From Gordonia phage Gmala1, in the sequence record NC_028972.1: 24,000 nt of DNA; one strand, given 5' to 3'. The notes under the pieces are model-generated. The model saw only the letters and a list, made by a program, of their open reading frames with translations, was not told the origin of the DNA and made no database searches. How positions within the stretch are numbered: position 1 is the stretch's first letter; every line of letters begins with the position of its first letter. Below, one piece after another: positions 23,257-24,000 of this stretch. The position numbers and the translations under genes were made by a program.

Positions 23257-23344
23257 GATTAATCCTGTCCTGTCTGTGCTGATTGAAACCTAGTGCGAGT
23301 CTACAGGACTAGCTCAGCTAATGCCAGTCCCTAAACACTCTAGG

Positions 23345-23381
23345 TCAGGTTGAGGCAAGTCGAGCCTAAGTCTCAACCTGA
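23345..23381. repeat. 10-bp perfect inverted repeat
   Basis: TCAGGTTGAG (23345-23354) / CTCAACCTGA (23372-23381), between two copies of the GGGACTGGCA element. Confidence 0.8.
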
Positions 23382-23550
23382 ACTCTAGACTTATGCCAGT
23401 CCCTTAATGGTGCCTGTATGCCTCACAGAGCGACTAACAGCGCTTTCGGGTACCCGCGTACGGAATCGCGCTAAAAGTCGCTCAGCGTTTAAACGTGCTG
23501 GTCAGAGCGGGTAAATTTGTACCTGTTCGCGCGGGCGCGGAACCTACCTA

Positions 23551-23579
23551 TTGACTGTCACCCGGCACTGTGCTAGCGG
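23551..23579 (+). promoter_or_regulatory. Promoter-like box 1
   Basis: TTGACT-N17-TAGCGG. Confidence 0.45.
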
Positions 23580-23586
23580 CCTGGTT

Positions 23587-23615
23587 TTGACATATTGCTA
23601 GCGCTGTGCTAGCGG
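23587..23615 (+). promoter_or_regulatory. Promoter-like box 2
   Basis: TTGACA-N17-TAGCGG, sharing CTGTGCTAGCGG with box 1. Confidence 0.5.
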
Positions 23616-23720
23616 CGCCGCTCTGTATCTGGTCCGGCTAGCGCGGGCTGTATTCGGGGGAGTAATGACGCTCGGTTAATGCTCACTAACTGAGCGGTAT
23701 TACTGCCTGTATATACATGC

Positions 23721-23734
23721 AGGTATATATACCT
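23721..23734. repeat. 14-bp perfect palindrome
   Basis: AGGTATATATACCT within a wider set of CCTGTAT/ATACAGG-like arms. Confidence 0.8.
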
Positions 23735-24000
23735 ACCTGTATGTATGGCACTCACCTATTAAGGGACTGTCATAAGGTAGTGGCACTCGGTGCCACGTTA
23801 ATAATCGACGGTCTGATATGGCGGGTTCTAGTGCAGTGAATAACGGGACTGGCAGATATAAAAACGCATGACGATGAATATCGGGAGAGTGAACGGCGAA
23901 TTTTTTTAATATTGCTCAGAGTTAAAGGGGAGTACTAAAAAATATGCCGGGATAAAAAGGTCGACCCGCTTAATAACGGTGTGGTGCTAGGTTTTGGTCT

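Overview
The window looks like part of a large double-stranded DNA phage genome, probably an actinobacteriophage; this is inferred from gene content, and no database was searched. Nearly all credible genes are on the minus strand in tightly overlapping ATGA/TGATG-coupled runs. Recognisable products are: an oligoribonuclease-like DEDDh exonuclease (truncated at the left edge), an excisionase/MerR-type HTH protein, an SNF2 helicase, a DUF732-like lipoprotein, an SSB-like protein, a tyrosine recombinase, a YspA/DUF2493 SLOG-family protein, a Rossmann methyltransferase-like protein, a VWA protein with an HEISH zincin-like motif and a long Asp/Ser/Gln linker, and a MoxR/CobS-like AAA+ ATPase with two N-terminal four-Cys modules. 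The right part has unusually large and structured noncoding DNA (about 14.5-14.86 kb, 19.6-20.97 kb, 21.9-22.25 kb, 23.26-24.0 kb). It holds: (a) nine copies of a TTWAGGGACTGGCAT-like element, (b) a CACAGACAGGA leader before several start codons, (c) paired TACTTGA repeats with C/A tracts, (d) perfect 13-20 bp inverted repeats including likely terminators, (e) dispersed GCTCAGCG octamers and a 76-bp direct repeat, and (f) tandem TTGACW-N17-TAGCGG promoter-like boxes on the plus strand. The best candidates for poorly described biology are the AAA+/zincin-VWA gene pair and the regulatory element set. Three small ORFs that the ORF track misses or blurs are also reported.
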